Shown in pieces: positions 24,381-38,200 of a DNA stretch of 64,000 nucleotides. The notes under the pieces were generated by a model. It was not told the origin of the DNA. It saw nothing but the letters and a program-made list of their open reading frames with translations, and searched no databases. A program made the translations under genes and the position numbers. Source of the stretch: Takakia lepidozioides (Eukaryota > Plantae > Bryophyta); assembly GCA_030704615.1 (NCBI GenBank), contig CM060734.1:61938001-62002000 (forward strand), in the 5' to 3' direction. Each line of letters begins with the position of its first letter. Within the stretch, counting starts at the first letter, position 1.

Positions 24381-26569
24381 CTCGGTCGGCTGTAAACTGC
24401 GGTAGACTGGGATGATCTATAGTGTCCCACTTGCACCTATGCCAATCTGCACCACATGTCAAGAATATGAAGAAATATTCCTGAAACATAGATCAAATGG
24501 GACGTTTGCTGAGGCCAGTGGCCCATTTGCACCTGAATTATTTCATTACTTCATTTTGACTATGTGCCATAACTGGCATGCCACTATGCGCGATGTGAGT
24601 CGTGCTTATCCCATGCACATGGGCAATGCCAATGCCATACCTAAGGTGGATGTATCTATGTACCATCACATGCTATGCCCTAGCATAACAATGCCAAATA
24701 TGTCATAGTATGGCATATGTTATGAATGTACATACAGTGAAATAAGTTTTAACACTATCTCTTGAATAGAATGTATATATGATTTTAAGTAAATCAGCGA
24801 TTTAACATATTACCAAGGCATACTATGAAAAGGAAACATATATAACTGGAAAATAATTACTAAAATAATATAATAATGAAAAAATATGTAATTAGTTGAA
24901 ATAAAACAATGTGTGTCATATATATATATTAGTTCCTTTGTGGCCAAATGATTTTTTAATAATTGTAGAGTTTTTATATAGATATACGTAAAATCCATCT
25001 TATAGCAAGATAGTATTGAAAGCATGTAGGTATGGGTGACATGGGATTGACCTCAAAACCTCTCCTAAGGATAACGCTTTTGTAAGAACGTGGAAGCCAT
25101 ACTCGTATAATAAAAATCACTATTTTCCTTTATTAAACCAGCCAATAAAGGGGAACTTTTTGGGACAGCCAAAGGTCCAAAGCACATAAATTTTTGAAAA
25201 ATATGATTTTAAGTACTGCCCTAAAGTGGGCAGAGTTTTGGTTAAGTATAGTACCTAAGGCCTGGCGATACGCTGTAGCCACGTAGTGGCGAAACACCTG
25301 CAATTTGAATTTGGTTGTACTTTGATAAATGTCCGTATCTGCCATATCGTACGTGGCCAGATTCAAACGGCTGATCCGAATGTCTTCAATTAATCTATCT
25401 TCAACAACACGATACTACGTGATATTGCGAGTCTGGAGCACCTTAGAAATGTCTTGATGATCAGTGTAGTAGTTTCTAGTTGCTATTAGAGGGCTTCACA
25501 ATCAAGCGCATGTAGTGGTGGATCTAGTAATTTCAGCAGGGATCAATGGGTTGATTCTAATACCACAGACTGCTAAGGTGATTAGTGGATTCAATTCTGA
25601 CTTACTTTGGCTTCCCTTGAAAACCAGGTATTTTTATTCCTACGCGTAGCTTGGATGAGCGATTGGGCGATCTTGCAGGCACTATGTGAACTTCTGATCA
25701 AGAGGGTAGGCAGAGGGCTGTTGTAGCCGCGTTGAGGTCAGCTCGATTCAAATTTTTGAATAAACACACATGGCTCTGTAGCCAAAACTGTTGATATCAG
25801 CTGTGCATTAGCCCCGTGGAAATATGGGAGCGAAATTATACCTCTGCTACCTTCCAGCAGCATAAGGTGATATTTTTCTTGCCATTCTTTCTACCTCTTT
25901 TCATTCCACGCACGATTGGATGCTAAGTTTATTATTAGGGTGTACACCTACCTCAAAACTCAGCTAAGACAATGTGTCAATGGTTATGCAATCACATTCC
26001 CTTCTTGAAATCGAAATCGAGTCTCATTTGTCTCTAGAAGTGTCTATTCAATGCTCTCATATGGTGGCAGTGGATAAGCCAAGGTCTGGTTGAGAAACTG
26101 ATGGTCAACTCGTGGTTTTGGAAGTTGGGGCTTCGAAGGTTAGTTGATTCTTTGGCCAGTCTTTCACATTCAATGAAATTAGGTCATCATCAGTCAGAAT
26201 GGTATATGGAGGAAAGACGTGAATCCTATGGTCATTGATCTCTCTCTCACATGCGTGCTCTCTCCAGCAAAAGTACTTTTCTACAAAGTATTTTTATCTT
26301 GGTTGCGATAGGTGAGCGTCCTTCACTTGTGAAACAGGTTGCTGAGTTCCTCCTGCCATTATTGCAGGAGCACCGCTTCAGACCTTGGGCCTTGGTGCAG
26401 GTAAACTTGGCTGCTTCACTTCTCTCTCGCCAGTTTGACAAGCAATTGTGAGTTTTGGGAGTTTTGAGAAAAAACCTATTCGAGTACCAAATCTTCAACC
26501 AAACATGGGAATTCTTGACAAAGCTGATGTTCTCATGGTCCACTGCGTGCATCCATTGTCTATCTCTTT

Positions 26570-27170
26570 GACAAGTCCCTTGCCATACAATGCACTCCTG
26601 GCTGCAAGTCCGGCCCATTCCTTTCTGCAAGTCTGCAAGCAAACCACTCCGCTATCAATAATGTCCTCTAGCGAAGTCCGCTGGAAGACTTACTTGCGCA
26701 AGTTTGCTACAAGGTCAGTCTGCTCGGGTGTGCTGCCAGCAAAGTCTGGGTAAGTCTGCTATCGGTCTCTCCTAAGGGCAAATCCGCTGGTAGGCCAGTC
26801 CGCCAGAGAGGACTGTTCTCAAGCAGTCCGCTGCAAGACTTACGTGCACCAGTCTGCTGCAACTCAGTCTCGTCCACCAAGTCCGCTGGCAGGCGAATCC
26901 GTCCGAGGGGACTGTTCGAAAGTCTGCTGGCAACCCAGTCCGCTCGGCATGCCCTTTGGCCAAGTCCGTTGCAAGACTCACTTTACGCAAGTCCGCTGTG
27001 AGGTTAGCGTGGTCAGGTCTATTGGCGGTCTCGTGAGGGCAACACTCATGGCAAGTCAGAGTGGGCGAGTCTGTTGGCTGAATCCGTTGGGCACGTCCAC
27101 TGGAACAGGCGGACAGACCAGTCCACCAGAGAGTCTACTGGGTTAGTGCCCAAGTCCACCGGCGAAGTCC
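26570..27170 (+). repeat. Cluster of ~20 short degenerate direct repeats, core AGTCCGCT(G)
   Basis: AAGTCCGCTGG, CAGTCCGCTG, AAGTCTGCTG and CAAGTCCGTTG variants recur every ~15-45 bp. This resembles the non-coding repeat tracts of large Ty3/gypsy elements. Confidence 0.75.
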
Positions 27171-28283
27171 TCTTTGAAGTCTCTCATGTAGGCATGTGTA
27201 CTTTGCAGGGCTGTTTTCTGAGGAGTGCTTGCCTTTGGCATGTCCGGCGGGCTTGGGTGAAGCAATCATGCGCAAAAATCAAAGATCATATCACTGTCGC
27301 AAACTTGCTAAAAGATATGGGAGACCTCATGTACTGTAGAGGTGGACCAAGCAATCCCAAAGAAGGTCTTGCGGGGTAGCAACAACGCTCCGAGACATGA
27401 GAAAGAAATATCCGAATGGACATGAATTTCTGAATTACATCGATAAGGAATGGCGTCCTAAAATAGCAATGTGATGTACAGCAGCTCGCCATGTTCTGCA
27501 TGCCAGTCAAGACACAAACGCTAGCATTGAGACATACATGGAAACTTGAAGGCAAGACTGAGGATGGGGAAAGGCAAAATGACTGGGCGTAGAGCGGATT
27601 GGCTCACATGAGAACTCATAGGTCGTGTGCTAACACACTACTGGTATTCAATTCACATGAAGATGCACGGATTCATAAGGAATGACAAACAGGAGAAGTA
27701 TATGTCCAATTCTATGCTTGCGGCACGCGACATCCCAGCTTGCAATGGCACTCTTCCATTCCATCCTGGGCAACCAACCTATGTTCTAAGCACCAATCAC
27801 CCAAACACAATTTATATTGTTTACAACATTTCCGGAAACTTAATGTTGTGACTAGAAAAGCCTATTTTCCACTGCCTTTCACTGATACTATCTTGGATGC
27901 AGTAGCGGGCCATAAGTGTTATTCTTTCCTCGATGGGTATTCTGGTTACAATCAAATCACAATTGCAGAGGAGGATCGGCCAAAGACTATTTTCACTACC
28001 GATTGGGGTACTTATGCCTAGAAAGGTCATGTCTTTCGGACTTTGCAATGCTCTCGCTACGTTTGAAAGAGTGATGACTGCAACCTTCCAGGACTATTTG
28101 CATTTATTTACGGAGATCTTTTGGATGATTTTTGTGTTTATAGCAGCAAAGCAACACATGCTGAGATGTTGGAGCTGTGTTTCCAGAAATATAAACAGTA
28201 TGGAATCTCCCTGAATGCAGGTAAATGTCAATTTTTGGTTACCAAGGGGAAACTTTTGGGGTGTATCAATTCAAGGGATATCG

Positions 28284-29015
28284 TGTCGCGGCCCTTTGCC
28301 TTGAGGGCAGGGGGTCGGGACACATGAGGGGCTGCCCCTGTGGTGGGGGCAGCGGCAGCGATAGGTATGGGGGGGGGGCTGAAGCACCCTTGAGTGCCCA
28401 AGGCACTCAAGGAGGCGGAGGCGCTCACTAGGTGGAGCCCCGCACACCGGGTTGCGGTGGGGGTGGCTCCACAAGGGGTGGTGGTAGCTTAGCGGGACTT
28501 AGTGGGGGTGGCATAGGACTCACCATGGGGGCGGAGACCTCGTGGTGGGAGTCGTGGGGAGTCTTGGGACTCATCACGGTCCATAGGGGCCGTGGTGAGT
28601 GGGCCAAGACTCACCGTGACTCATCACCGGGAGTCGAGGGTTTTCGTGGTGGTTCGCCATAAAATGGCATGGCTGGTTGTGAAACCACCGCGGACAGCTA
28701 CAGAAGTATATATAAGGGGAGTAGTGACCCCGAGAACGGTGCAAGCCCGTTGGTGACCAAAAACTAGTGAGTAAGCGAGCGAGCCGGAAAGCGACCAAAG
28801 AGTGGGGAGCTGTTCCGGACTGCCATCTACCAAAGGGAATTCTCCTAGGCCCAAATAGGTGGAGGGTTTAGTGGGAAGCGAAGGGGGACCGTTATGTCCC
28901 GGTGAGCAGCCGAAGCTCCAAGTTGGCCCGGGCGGCCAGGTTGGGAGTCAGGCGCGCGCATCAAAGCGAGTAACTATGACTTGAATGGGAGCTTACCGAA
29001 GTGAGGTGCGCGACA
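28284..29015 (+). repeat. 5' LTR of chromovirus (732 bp)
   Basis: TGTCGCG...CGCGACA. By eye it differs from the 3' LTR by 8 substitutions and 3 small indels. Confidence 0.97.
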
Positions 29016-29017
29016 CT

Positions 29018-29029
29018 TGGTATCAGAGC
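29018..29029 (+). other. Primer binding site complementary to initiator tRNA-Met
   Basis: TGGTATCAGAGC, 2 nt after the 5' LTR. Confidence 0.93.
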
Positions 29030-29070
29030 TTAGAGTTCAGTACGCGATCGTCCTTGGGATTGGCCTCATC

Positions 29071-32000
29071 ATGGGGTCGGGCAAGCCAAAGCAAAAGCGG
29101 AACGGCCCAAAAGATGATGATCCTGGTGAGCCCGATGGGGGCGACGTGTCACCGAAGCGACCGTTTGAGGAAGCGACGCAGGTTTCTGAAAGCGAGGTCG
29201 CTCAAGAGCGGGAGGAATCCGAGGAGTCGGAGCCCGAGGAATCCGTGAGAGCTCCGACCGACCGACCAACAGATGCCTCCCATGCCGGCAGCCTTTTGGG
29301 AAGGGTTGTTGGCGCAGTTTGGCGGGACGTTGAAAGACGTGTTGAAGGCGGCTAATGCCACTTCCACTAAGGCAAAGTTTAAGGTGAAGCCTAAGGAACC
29401 CGGCACCTTCGAGGGCGTCCGAAATCGGAAGGCACTCAACACCTGGCTCCTGGAGCTAGAGCAGTACTTCCGGGCGGCCAAGTTGAGTGACGAGGATCGG
29501 GTGGAAGTGGCTCCCACCTATTTGAGGGGCTATGCTCAACAATGGTGGCAGAAACGCCTTCACGACCGAGGCCCAAGCACGGAAACCTTGAATTGGAGTG
29601 GGTTCAAGGAATTGATGAAGAGACAGTTTGTGCCCCTCAACGCGTCCTGGCTTGCCCGGGACAAGATGAGGAATTTGAAGCAAACAGATGACATTCGGGG
29701 GTATATCCAGGCTTTCAATGTGCTGTTGCTCGAAGTCGCGGACATGGCAGAACCAGAAATGGTCTTCAACTTTGTGGCGGGACTGGCCCCATGGGCCAGG
29801 CGGAAGTTGGAGGAGAAGCCACCCAAGACTTTGAACGAGGCAATTGAGAGGGCTGAATGTTTCTCGGATGTCTCTAGGGGTGAGAGACAAGGTCGTACGC
29901 TGAACCACAAGAAGACCCGGCGGGAAGGTGACTCCTTCCGATCGGAAAAGAAGTGGGATAGGCCACGCGGCGACAATGGCGAGGGCCTTCACACGTCAAG
30001 GCGGCACCCGGTGCTTCGAAAGGAAAAGCGGGTGGAGCGGCTTATGGCGGACAGAAGGCGACCTTTGATGGAGTGTGTTTCAATTGCGGGGAGCCCGGGC
30101 ACATGGCCAAGAAGTGCACAAAACCTCGACAATTGAACATGACTCGGGCAACCACGGAGATGTCGGAAGATACCATCAGTCGCATGGTGGAAGCGGTGGT
30201 CGCCAAGACTTGCAAGGTAGGCAACTATTCTTGTGAGTTGTATCAGGAAACTGGCGCCCTGCGTAAAGGGAGTCAGTTATTGTTCGTGGATGGGATAATA
30301 TCCGGAACTAACGTGTCGTTGTTGGTGGACACAGGAGCGTCACACTCCTTCATGACGCCGGCAGCGGCGCGAAAGTTGGGACTCCCGACAAGTGACGTGG
30401 GGGCCTCTATTGAGGTGCGTTCTGCCAAAGGAGAACCACAGTTGGCGACAAGGTTGGCGTTTGATGTTCCTCTTCAATTGGGGAGTTGGGAGGGACGTGA
30501 GAACTTCACCATCTGCGAGATCGATGGAGTGGATCTCATTTTGGGGATGACCTTTTTGAGCAAATCCGGAGCGGTCATAGATGGCCGCAAGAGAGTAGTC
30601 ACGCTGCCATGTGGGAATGGTGGCGAGGTTTTACGAGTGTCGGAAACGCCCAAATCCGTGGGAGGGCGAATAAACCTTCTGTCAGCAAAGGAGTGGGCCG
30701 TGGAGGAGGCACACGAGCCCCAATTTTTGCTTTACATTAGAGAAGTGAAAGGAGAAGGCGATGGGGAGCCGAGCCCAGATTGGATCAAGGGGATTTTGGA
30801 GAAATACCAGGATGTGATGCCGGAGGATTTACCAAGCGGCTTGCCACCGCGAAGAGGAGTTGACCACAAGATTGAGGTGATACCGGGATCGGAACCGCCT
30901 GCCAAGGCAACCTACCGGTTGAGCCACAGAGAGTTGGTCGAGCTGAAGACTCAGCTCAAGGATCTTATGTCAAAGGGGTACATCCGGCCGAGTAAGTCAC
31001 CTTACAGAGCCCCGGTGCTATTTGCAGACAAGAAGGATGGGACGCTGCGGATGTGTGTCGATTACAGGGCTCTGAATAAGGTGACTATCAAAAACCGGTA
31101 CCTTTGCCAAGGATCGACGACCTCTTTGATCGGTTGGCAGGAGCGAAGTATTTCAGCCGGATCGACTTGCGCTCCGGCTATCACCAAATTCGGGTGGCGG
31201 AAGGAGATGAGGAGAAGACCGCGTGCAGGACAAGGTATGGTTCATATGAGTTCTTGGTGATGCCTTTTGGGCTCACCAATGCACCAGCGACATTTAGCAC
31301 GCTGATGAACAACCTTTTCCAGGAGTGGTTGGATGACTTTGTGATCGTGTACATCGACGACATCTTGGTGTACTCGAAAACAAAGGAGAAGCACCTGGAG
31401 CACCTGGAAAGGGTGTTCCAAAAATTGCGGGAAGGGAAGCTGTATGCCAAAGCTTCAAAGGGCGAATTCGGGGTCACAAAAGTGGAGTTCCTGGGGCATG
31501 TGATTACACAGGATGGGATCAAAATGGATGACAGAAAGGTGAGGGCGATCTTGGACTGGGAGCCTCCGACTTCGGTCTCGGGAGTGCGATCCTTCCTAGG
31601 ACTCGCCTCCTATTACCGGAAGTATGTGAGAAATTTCGCCAAGATTGCGGGGCCGTTGTCAGACCTTCTGTGTAAATCTAAAGTCTGGGCATGGAACACC
31701 TTTTGTGGCCAAGCTTTTGCTGAATTGAAGCAGCGGATGGCGGAAGCTCCAGTCTTGAAAATCCCGGAGTTCGATCGTCCGTTCGAGATACACACAGATG
31801 CGTCGGACTTCGCGATTGGGGGTGTACTGATGCAAGATGGACGTCCAGTGGCTTACAAAAGTAAGAAACTGAATGAAGTGGAGCGACGGTGGCCGACGCA
31901 CGAGAAAGAGATGAAGGCGGTGGTGCACTGTCTTGAGCTTTGGCGCCACTATGTTGGTTCCGACTCAGTGAAGGTGTTCACGGACAATGTCACGGTGAAG

Positions 32001-33617
32001 TATTTTGCCACGCAACCCCAGTTGTCCCCAAAACAACTTAGGTGGCAAGATACTTTGGCGGTGTTCGACGTGGATATCCAGTACAAACCGGGACGAGACA
32101 ACGTGGTGGCCGATGCTTTAAGTAGAAAGCAGTAGCTCTTGTTGGTGTACAAGGGCGAGACGGCACTCCAAAGGAAGATCCGGAAGGCTTGCCGGAAGGA
32201 TGAGTGGGCGAAGTCCGTGATGCAGGACTTGAGGATGGGGGTTAAATCGCAGTTCCACTTGCAAAATGGACTGCTCCGGTATAAGCAAAAGCGTCTCTAC
32301 GTGCCGAAGGGAGGGATCAGAGATAGCCTCTTGAGAGAATGCCATGATAGCCCGCTTGCGGGCCACGGCGGAGCCAAGCGCACTGCGGCACTCTTGAAGA
32401 AAGAGTATTTCTGGCCCAAACTGAGGGAGGAGGCAGAGGAGTATGTCAAGACATGCACCACATGCCAACAAAACCGGAGCGAGTACAAAAAACAAGCGGG
32501 GCTGTTACAACCCTTGCCGATTCCAGAGGGGACTTGGGAAAGCGTCTCGATGGATTTCATGACTGCTATGCTGCTGTCAAAAGGATTCGATGCAATCATG
32601 GTGGTGGTGGATATGTTCAGTAAAATGGGCCATTTCATCCCCACCAAGGAGACGGCAACGGCGCAGGAGACATGACGACTTTACTTCGCCCACGTCTTAA
32701 AGCATCATGGAGTCCCGAAGGATATTGTCTCGGACCGCGATCCAAAGTTTACGAGTAAATTTTGGAGGGCACTTTGGAAGAAGATGGGGACGAGGCTGAA
32801 GATGAGCACCGCCTTCCGACCTACGACCGACGGCCAAACAGAAAGGGTGAATTCCGTAGTGAAGCAGATCTTGCGGAATTACGTGTCGGCAGACCAAACA
32901 GACTGGGTGGAACACTTAGACGCGGCAGAGTTCTGTTATAATAATACAGAACACTCCACAACGGGAGTTTCCCCTTTCGTATTGGTCTATGGAAAAGCAC
33001 CTCTGGTGCCGACAAGTTGGGCCGCCCAGGACGTTGAGGAACCGGCAGTAGCGGCGGTACTGGAAGAACGCGAGCGTTTGTTAAAGCTCGCAAAGTACAA
33101 CATTGCCAAAGCTAGGAAACGGTATGAAAGGCAGGCGAATCGGAAGCGGAGGGAAGTGAAGTTTGAGGCAGGCACAGAGGTCTGGTTGAACATCAAGAAT
33201 TTCCGACTACCTCCGGAAGTGAGTCCGAAGTTCGTACCTCCGTATGCGGGACCCTTTCGCATTCGGAAGGTTATGAATGAGGATGTGTATGAATTGGAGC
33301 TGCCGACAAACAGCAAGGTGCACCCAGTATTCCATGTCTCCCTTTTGAAGCCTTACTTCAAAGCTGAAGTGCGTCCGAATCGGCATCAAGTGTTGCGTCC
33401 GCCACCTATGCTGTTGGATCATGAAAATGAACCTGAGTACGAGGTGGAGGCAATACTTCAGTCGAGGAGGTTCAAGAACCGAGAAACGGAGTATCTCGTC
33501 AAATGGAAGGGCTATCATCATGTGGAGGCATCTTGGGTGCGTGCCTCAGAAATGGGAAACGCATCCGAGGCGGTTGCAGCTTTCGAAGGGCGACCTCAAA
33601 AGCGGAAGAAGCATTGA
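29071..33617 (+). pseudogene. Chromovirus gag-pol polyprotein, disrupted
   Basis: Gag (WLLELEQYF), [42 protein letters not shown], an HHCC integrase motif, GPFRI and a chromodomain (YEVEAILQSR...YLVKWKGY...SW). Broken by frameshifts near 29260, ~29950 and ~31100 and by stops at 32135 and 32675. Confidence 0.95.
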
Positions 33618-34519
33618 TGGGGACATCAACCTTGGAGCGTGGGGAGGAAATGCATGCTTAGCCCGGCTTAGCTAGCTTAGGAATCCGATTACAAAAACTT
33701 GTATTGTACAAAAATTTGTTATAAAGGAAATGGGTTCCAAATGTTGTGCGTCCTATTTTGTTTGGAATGGTGATGCATGGTATGGTTGGCTAGTGTGTAG
33801 AATGCATGCTAGCTTATAAAAGTGGGAGAGGTAAATTGGGTTAATCGTGTGTTTGCGTAGTGCCGAAATCGGGTGACCCCCATCCAAGGGGCAAGGAAAC
33901 TTGCGACTTCTTTGGGAGTTCACGTGCTAGTGCGCACCTGGCGCGTGCGCGTACTATAACTGCGCTACCGAGGGGGTTACCTTGTAGTGCGGGCTAACGC
34001 GGAAGCTACGTGCTTCCGTTCACGTACTATAATCGTGTAGCCTCGGGACGAAGTCGTAATGCGGCTTCGGCGTGTTCCCGTACCTCAGGCCAGCATTCCA
34101 AGGCGGACCCAATTGTAGTGATTGGGGCGCACGGTTGGTTCAAGGTTATCTTCCTAGTCAAAGAGGTTCCAGGGAACCCTTGCTCAAGGTGATGCCAAAA
34201 GCGGCATCATGAGCGGTCGCAAGCAATGTTGTTGCAGTAAGGCGATTCGATCCTCGGGGAGGATCGTTCCTTGGCCTTGAAGTAGGCCAAGAAGAGTGCA
34301 CTGGGAGGAGCTGGAGAGGCTCCACCCTTGGCCGGGACTTGGAGGAAGTCGGCCGAACTAGCTAGTGGAGAGTAGAGTCAAGTGTGGGGTTGGTTCTTTG
34401 CCATGGGACGCCATGGTACGGAAACAAACTCCTTGATGTGGGACGCCACAACTTGGATGTTCGTTTCTACAAAATGGACAAGTCGATGAGGACATCGACT
34501 CCCTATTGGTAGGGGTGTG

Positions 34520-35243
34520 TGTCGTGGCTCTTTGCCTTGAGGGCAGGGGGTCGGGACACATGAGGGGCTGCCCCTGTGGTGGGGGCAGCGGCAGCGATAG
34601 GTATGGGGGGGCTGAAGCACCCTTGAGTGCCCAAGGCACTCAAGGAGGCGGAGGCGCTCACTAGGTGGAGCCCCGCACACCGGGTTGCGGTGGGGGTGGC
34701 TCCACAAGGGGTGGTGGTAGCTTAGCGGGACTTAGTGGGGGTGGCATAGGACTCACCATGGGGCGGAGACCTCGTGGTGGGAGTCGTGGGGAGTCTTGGG
34801 ACTCATCACCGTCCATAGGGGCCGTGGTGAGTGGGCCAAGACTCACCGCGACTCATCACCGGGAGTCGAGGGTTTTCGTGGTGGTTCGCTATAAAATGGC
34901 ATGGCTGGTTGTGAAACCACCGCGGACAGCTACAGAAGTATATATAAGGGGAGTAGTGACCCCGAGAACGGTGCAAGCCCGTTGGTGACCAAAAACTAGT
35001 GAGTAAGCGAGCCGGAAAGCGCCCAAAGAGTGGGGAGCTGTTCCGAACTGCCATCTACCAAAGGGAATTCTCCTAGGCCCAAATAGGTGGAGGGTTTAGT
35101 GGGAAGCGAAGGGGGACCGTTATGTCCCGGTGAGCAGCCGAAGCTCCAAGTTGGCCCGGGCGGCCAGGTTGGGAGTCAGGCGCGCGCATCAAAGCGAGTA
35201 ACTATGACTTGAAGGGGAGCTTACCGAAGTGAGGTGCGCGACA
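34520..35243 (+). repeat. 3' LTR of chromovirus (724 bp)
   Basis: Direct repeat of 28284-29015. Confidence 0.97.
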
Positions 35244-38200
35244 TATCGACTGACCCCACCAAGATTGAGATTATTGTCCAATTACCTACCCCATTACGAC
35301 AGTGACAGAGGTACGTGCATTTTTTGGGACATGTGGGTTATTATCGCCGCTTTATCCGTCGATATGTCGAGATTGCCTTACCTTTGACGCATATTGAAAC
35401 ATGATACCGAGTAGTAATGGACAAAAGACTGTAAGCATTTCTTTCATGAATTAAAATGGCGATTGATAAAGGCACCTATCTTGATTTCCCCCGATTGGAC
35501 TAAGGAGTTTTAGGTATTTGTGGATGCCTCAAACTATGCCATTGGTAGCGTTTTAAGTCAGAAGAATGAAAAGTCATTTGATCATCCAATATATTTTGTA
35601 AGTTGTCAATTAGCTGCGGCGGAGAAAAAATATACTACTACTGAACGAGAGGGCTTGGGTACGATTTATTCAGTTCAGAAATATCGCCATTATTTATTGG
35701 GTTACCCATTTGTTTTTCATGTTGATCATGATGCATTAAAGTGTCTTATTAATAAACCTCAGTTGAGTGGAAGAGTGGCTCGATGGGTTATTTTATTACA
35801 AGAGTTTATTTTTAAAATTGTGGTTCATCCTGGGCGCAAGCATGCCAATGCCGATCATTTAAGTCGTCTATCGAAGGAAGTAGGAGAAGAGCCGATAGAT
35901 GATTCTCTTCCAGATGCTGCTTTTTTTGTGGTTGATGTGATGACAGGGGAGTATGCTCTAATTTTTAATTACCTATCGTTACAGCAATTTCCAGAGGGAT
36001 ATACAGAGAAGCAGAAGCGTCGATTGATTGAGAAGACTGCGCCCTACACGATTATTGGCAAAATATTGTGCAAGCTTGGTAATGATGACGTATTGCGACG
36101 TTGCATTATGGAAGCTGAAGTTCCAACGATACTTGAAGGGTGCCATGCGGATTCTTGTGGTGGTCACTTTGCAAGTGATGCAACCGGCCGGAAGGTGTTA
36201 TTGGCGGGTTATTGGTGTCTGACTTTGTTTAAGGACGCTTTTGTTTATGTCACTTTTGCTTATGTGCATCGTTGTGATGTATGCCAACGCGTCGACAAGC
36301 CTGTGCGATTGAGCTCTATGCCCTTACTTCTCATTCTGGCACAGGCACCTTTAGAGAAGTGGGACATCGATTTTGTTGGTCCTATTGCCCCTTCTTCTCG
36401 CAATGGTCAGAAGCGATATATCCTTGTTGCGACCGAATACATGACTAAGTGGGCTGAAGGCATGGCCACACGCACCGATACAGCCAAGGTTGTGGCACAA
36501 TTTTTTTATGAGAATATTATCACTCGATTTGGTTGTCTCGAGAGCTTGTGAGCGATCGTGGTACACACTTTTTGAATTCCACTATTGAGCAGATGACTTC
36601 TAAGTATGTAATTAAACATCGGAAAACTACCCTTTATCATCCACGGGCTAATTGTTAGACTGAGAAGACCAATGGGTTGCTATGTGAGATTATAACGAAG
36701 ACAATTTCTAGTACAGGCAGTGATTGGGACACAAAATTATTCTCTGCATTATGGGCCTATCGGACTGCATTTAAAGTCACTACCGGATTTACTCCATTTT
36801 CGGTTGGTTTATGGACAAAAGACAATATTGCCTATCGAGCTTGAAATTCCTTCCCTCCGCATAGCTATCGTGGAACGGTTGGGCGATGTTCCATCCCTAT
36901 CGGCTCATTTGTTGCAATTAGTCAAGATGGATGAACTTCGTCGACAGGCATTACAGAACATTGAACTCACACAATTGCGGTGGAAGGATTATTATGATAG
37001 CCGTCTGAGCCCAAGATATTTAAAGCTCAAGATTTGGTACTTCTTTATGATAGCCGTTTTTAAAAAAATCTTGGTAAATTGAAGATGCGATGGCTCGGCC
37101 CATAGTGGAAGCTTTTCCAAATGGCTCCATACAATTGGCTACCATCAACGGTGACCCATTGCTGACACGCATAATGGCGATCGTCTTAAGTTGTTTTCAA
37201 CCTAACAATTCTAGGGGCAGAATTTAGGTTAAGTGGGAGGGGGTGTCAATCAGCTATTAGTCAAGTCAATTTTTATCTTTTTTTTTAAAAACACAAACAC
37301 AACACTTATGGGAAGTAGAGTACAACGAGTACAACAAGTCATTATGAGTGTACCAAGCGCCACCGTTTGTCACGACCGATAGATTGGGAGACTGTTAGTT
37401 CTTAATGGTTGTATCCGTATTTGACAGTTGTTAGGTTAAGCCATCCTATGCAATAGATAGGAATATGGCCTTTCTTGCCATCTTTACTGACTGTCCATTG
37501 TTTGTGCATTTGGCATAGTCTGTTACAGTGAGAAGTGTGAGTGTAGTGTGCGAGAGAGTGTGTGTGTGTAAGAGAGAGCATTGGGTGCGGTGAGTATGGT
37601 GGAGAAAAGTAGTGTTCCAACCAATTCGTCAAGATGGTGAAGAAAGTTGCGCAGCAACCATTGCCACCGCCGGTTTCCATGATAGTAGATGAGTTACGGA
37701 TTTATGATATTGCTATGATTTTGGGTGACCGTGATCAGAAGCGTTGTGGAGGCAGGCACAGATGTTGGAGTTTTTGATTCTTTGTTTGAAGGGTCTGTCA
37801 AAGCCTAGCATGTCATTAGTTATGCAGTTTTACAATTCTTCTGATCCTGGTTCAAAGAGTGGAACAGTGAAGGGCATGGCGATAGTTGTTGACGCTCGCA
37901 CTATTACAGAAGTCTTGCTATTACCCTTAGCAGGAATTGGAGTCGATGGTTTTAAGGATGAGGCTTTTGTTCATGCAAGCCATTTCAAGGAGAATGCGTT
38001 CAATCGAACGGGAGGTTGGGCAATTGCCAAAGCAGATAAACTTGAGATGATGGAATGGATGAATTTGCGGTAAGCCGTTTAGCCCTGAAGAAGACCGCTA
38101 CTTATGTTGCGTCATCGCAACTTAATTCGGTGGTAGCGACATTCATGGGCTTGCAAATCGATTGGGCGAGATTTGTTTGTGGAAAGATTCATGAGGAGAT

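Larger units (their letters stand above)
28284..35243 (+). mobile_element. Full-length Ty3/gypsy chromovirus (Galadriel-like), young insertion inside the older pol
   Basis: TG...CA LTRs at 28284-29015 and 34520-35243, 5-bp TSD TATCG at 28279-28283 and 35244-35248, PBS TGGTATCAGAGC, and a purine tract at ~34508-34519. Gene order is gag-PR-RT-RH-IN-chromodomain. Confidence 0.97.
27815..37205 (+). pseudogene. pol (RT, RNase H, integrase) of an old non-chromovirus Ty3/gypsy element (Athila/Tat-like), 5'-truncated and split by a nested element
   Basis: FRKLN...FLDGYSGYNQI, VMSFGLCNA and LDDF at 27815-28283. It resumes at 35249 with DASNYAIGSVLSQ, YTTTEREGL, the CHADSCGGHF...CDVCQR zinc motif and IDFVGPI. 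Many stops and frameshifts. No gag, protease or 5' LTR recognised. Confidence 0.9.

Noticed and set aside
29149-33521. Antisense ORFs within the chromovirus (and the equivalents at 57576-59839)
   Set aside because: These are shadow frames of gag-pol with no independent motifs.
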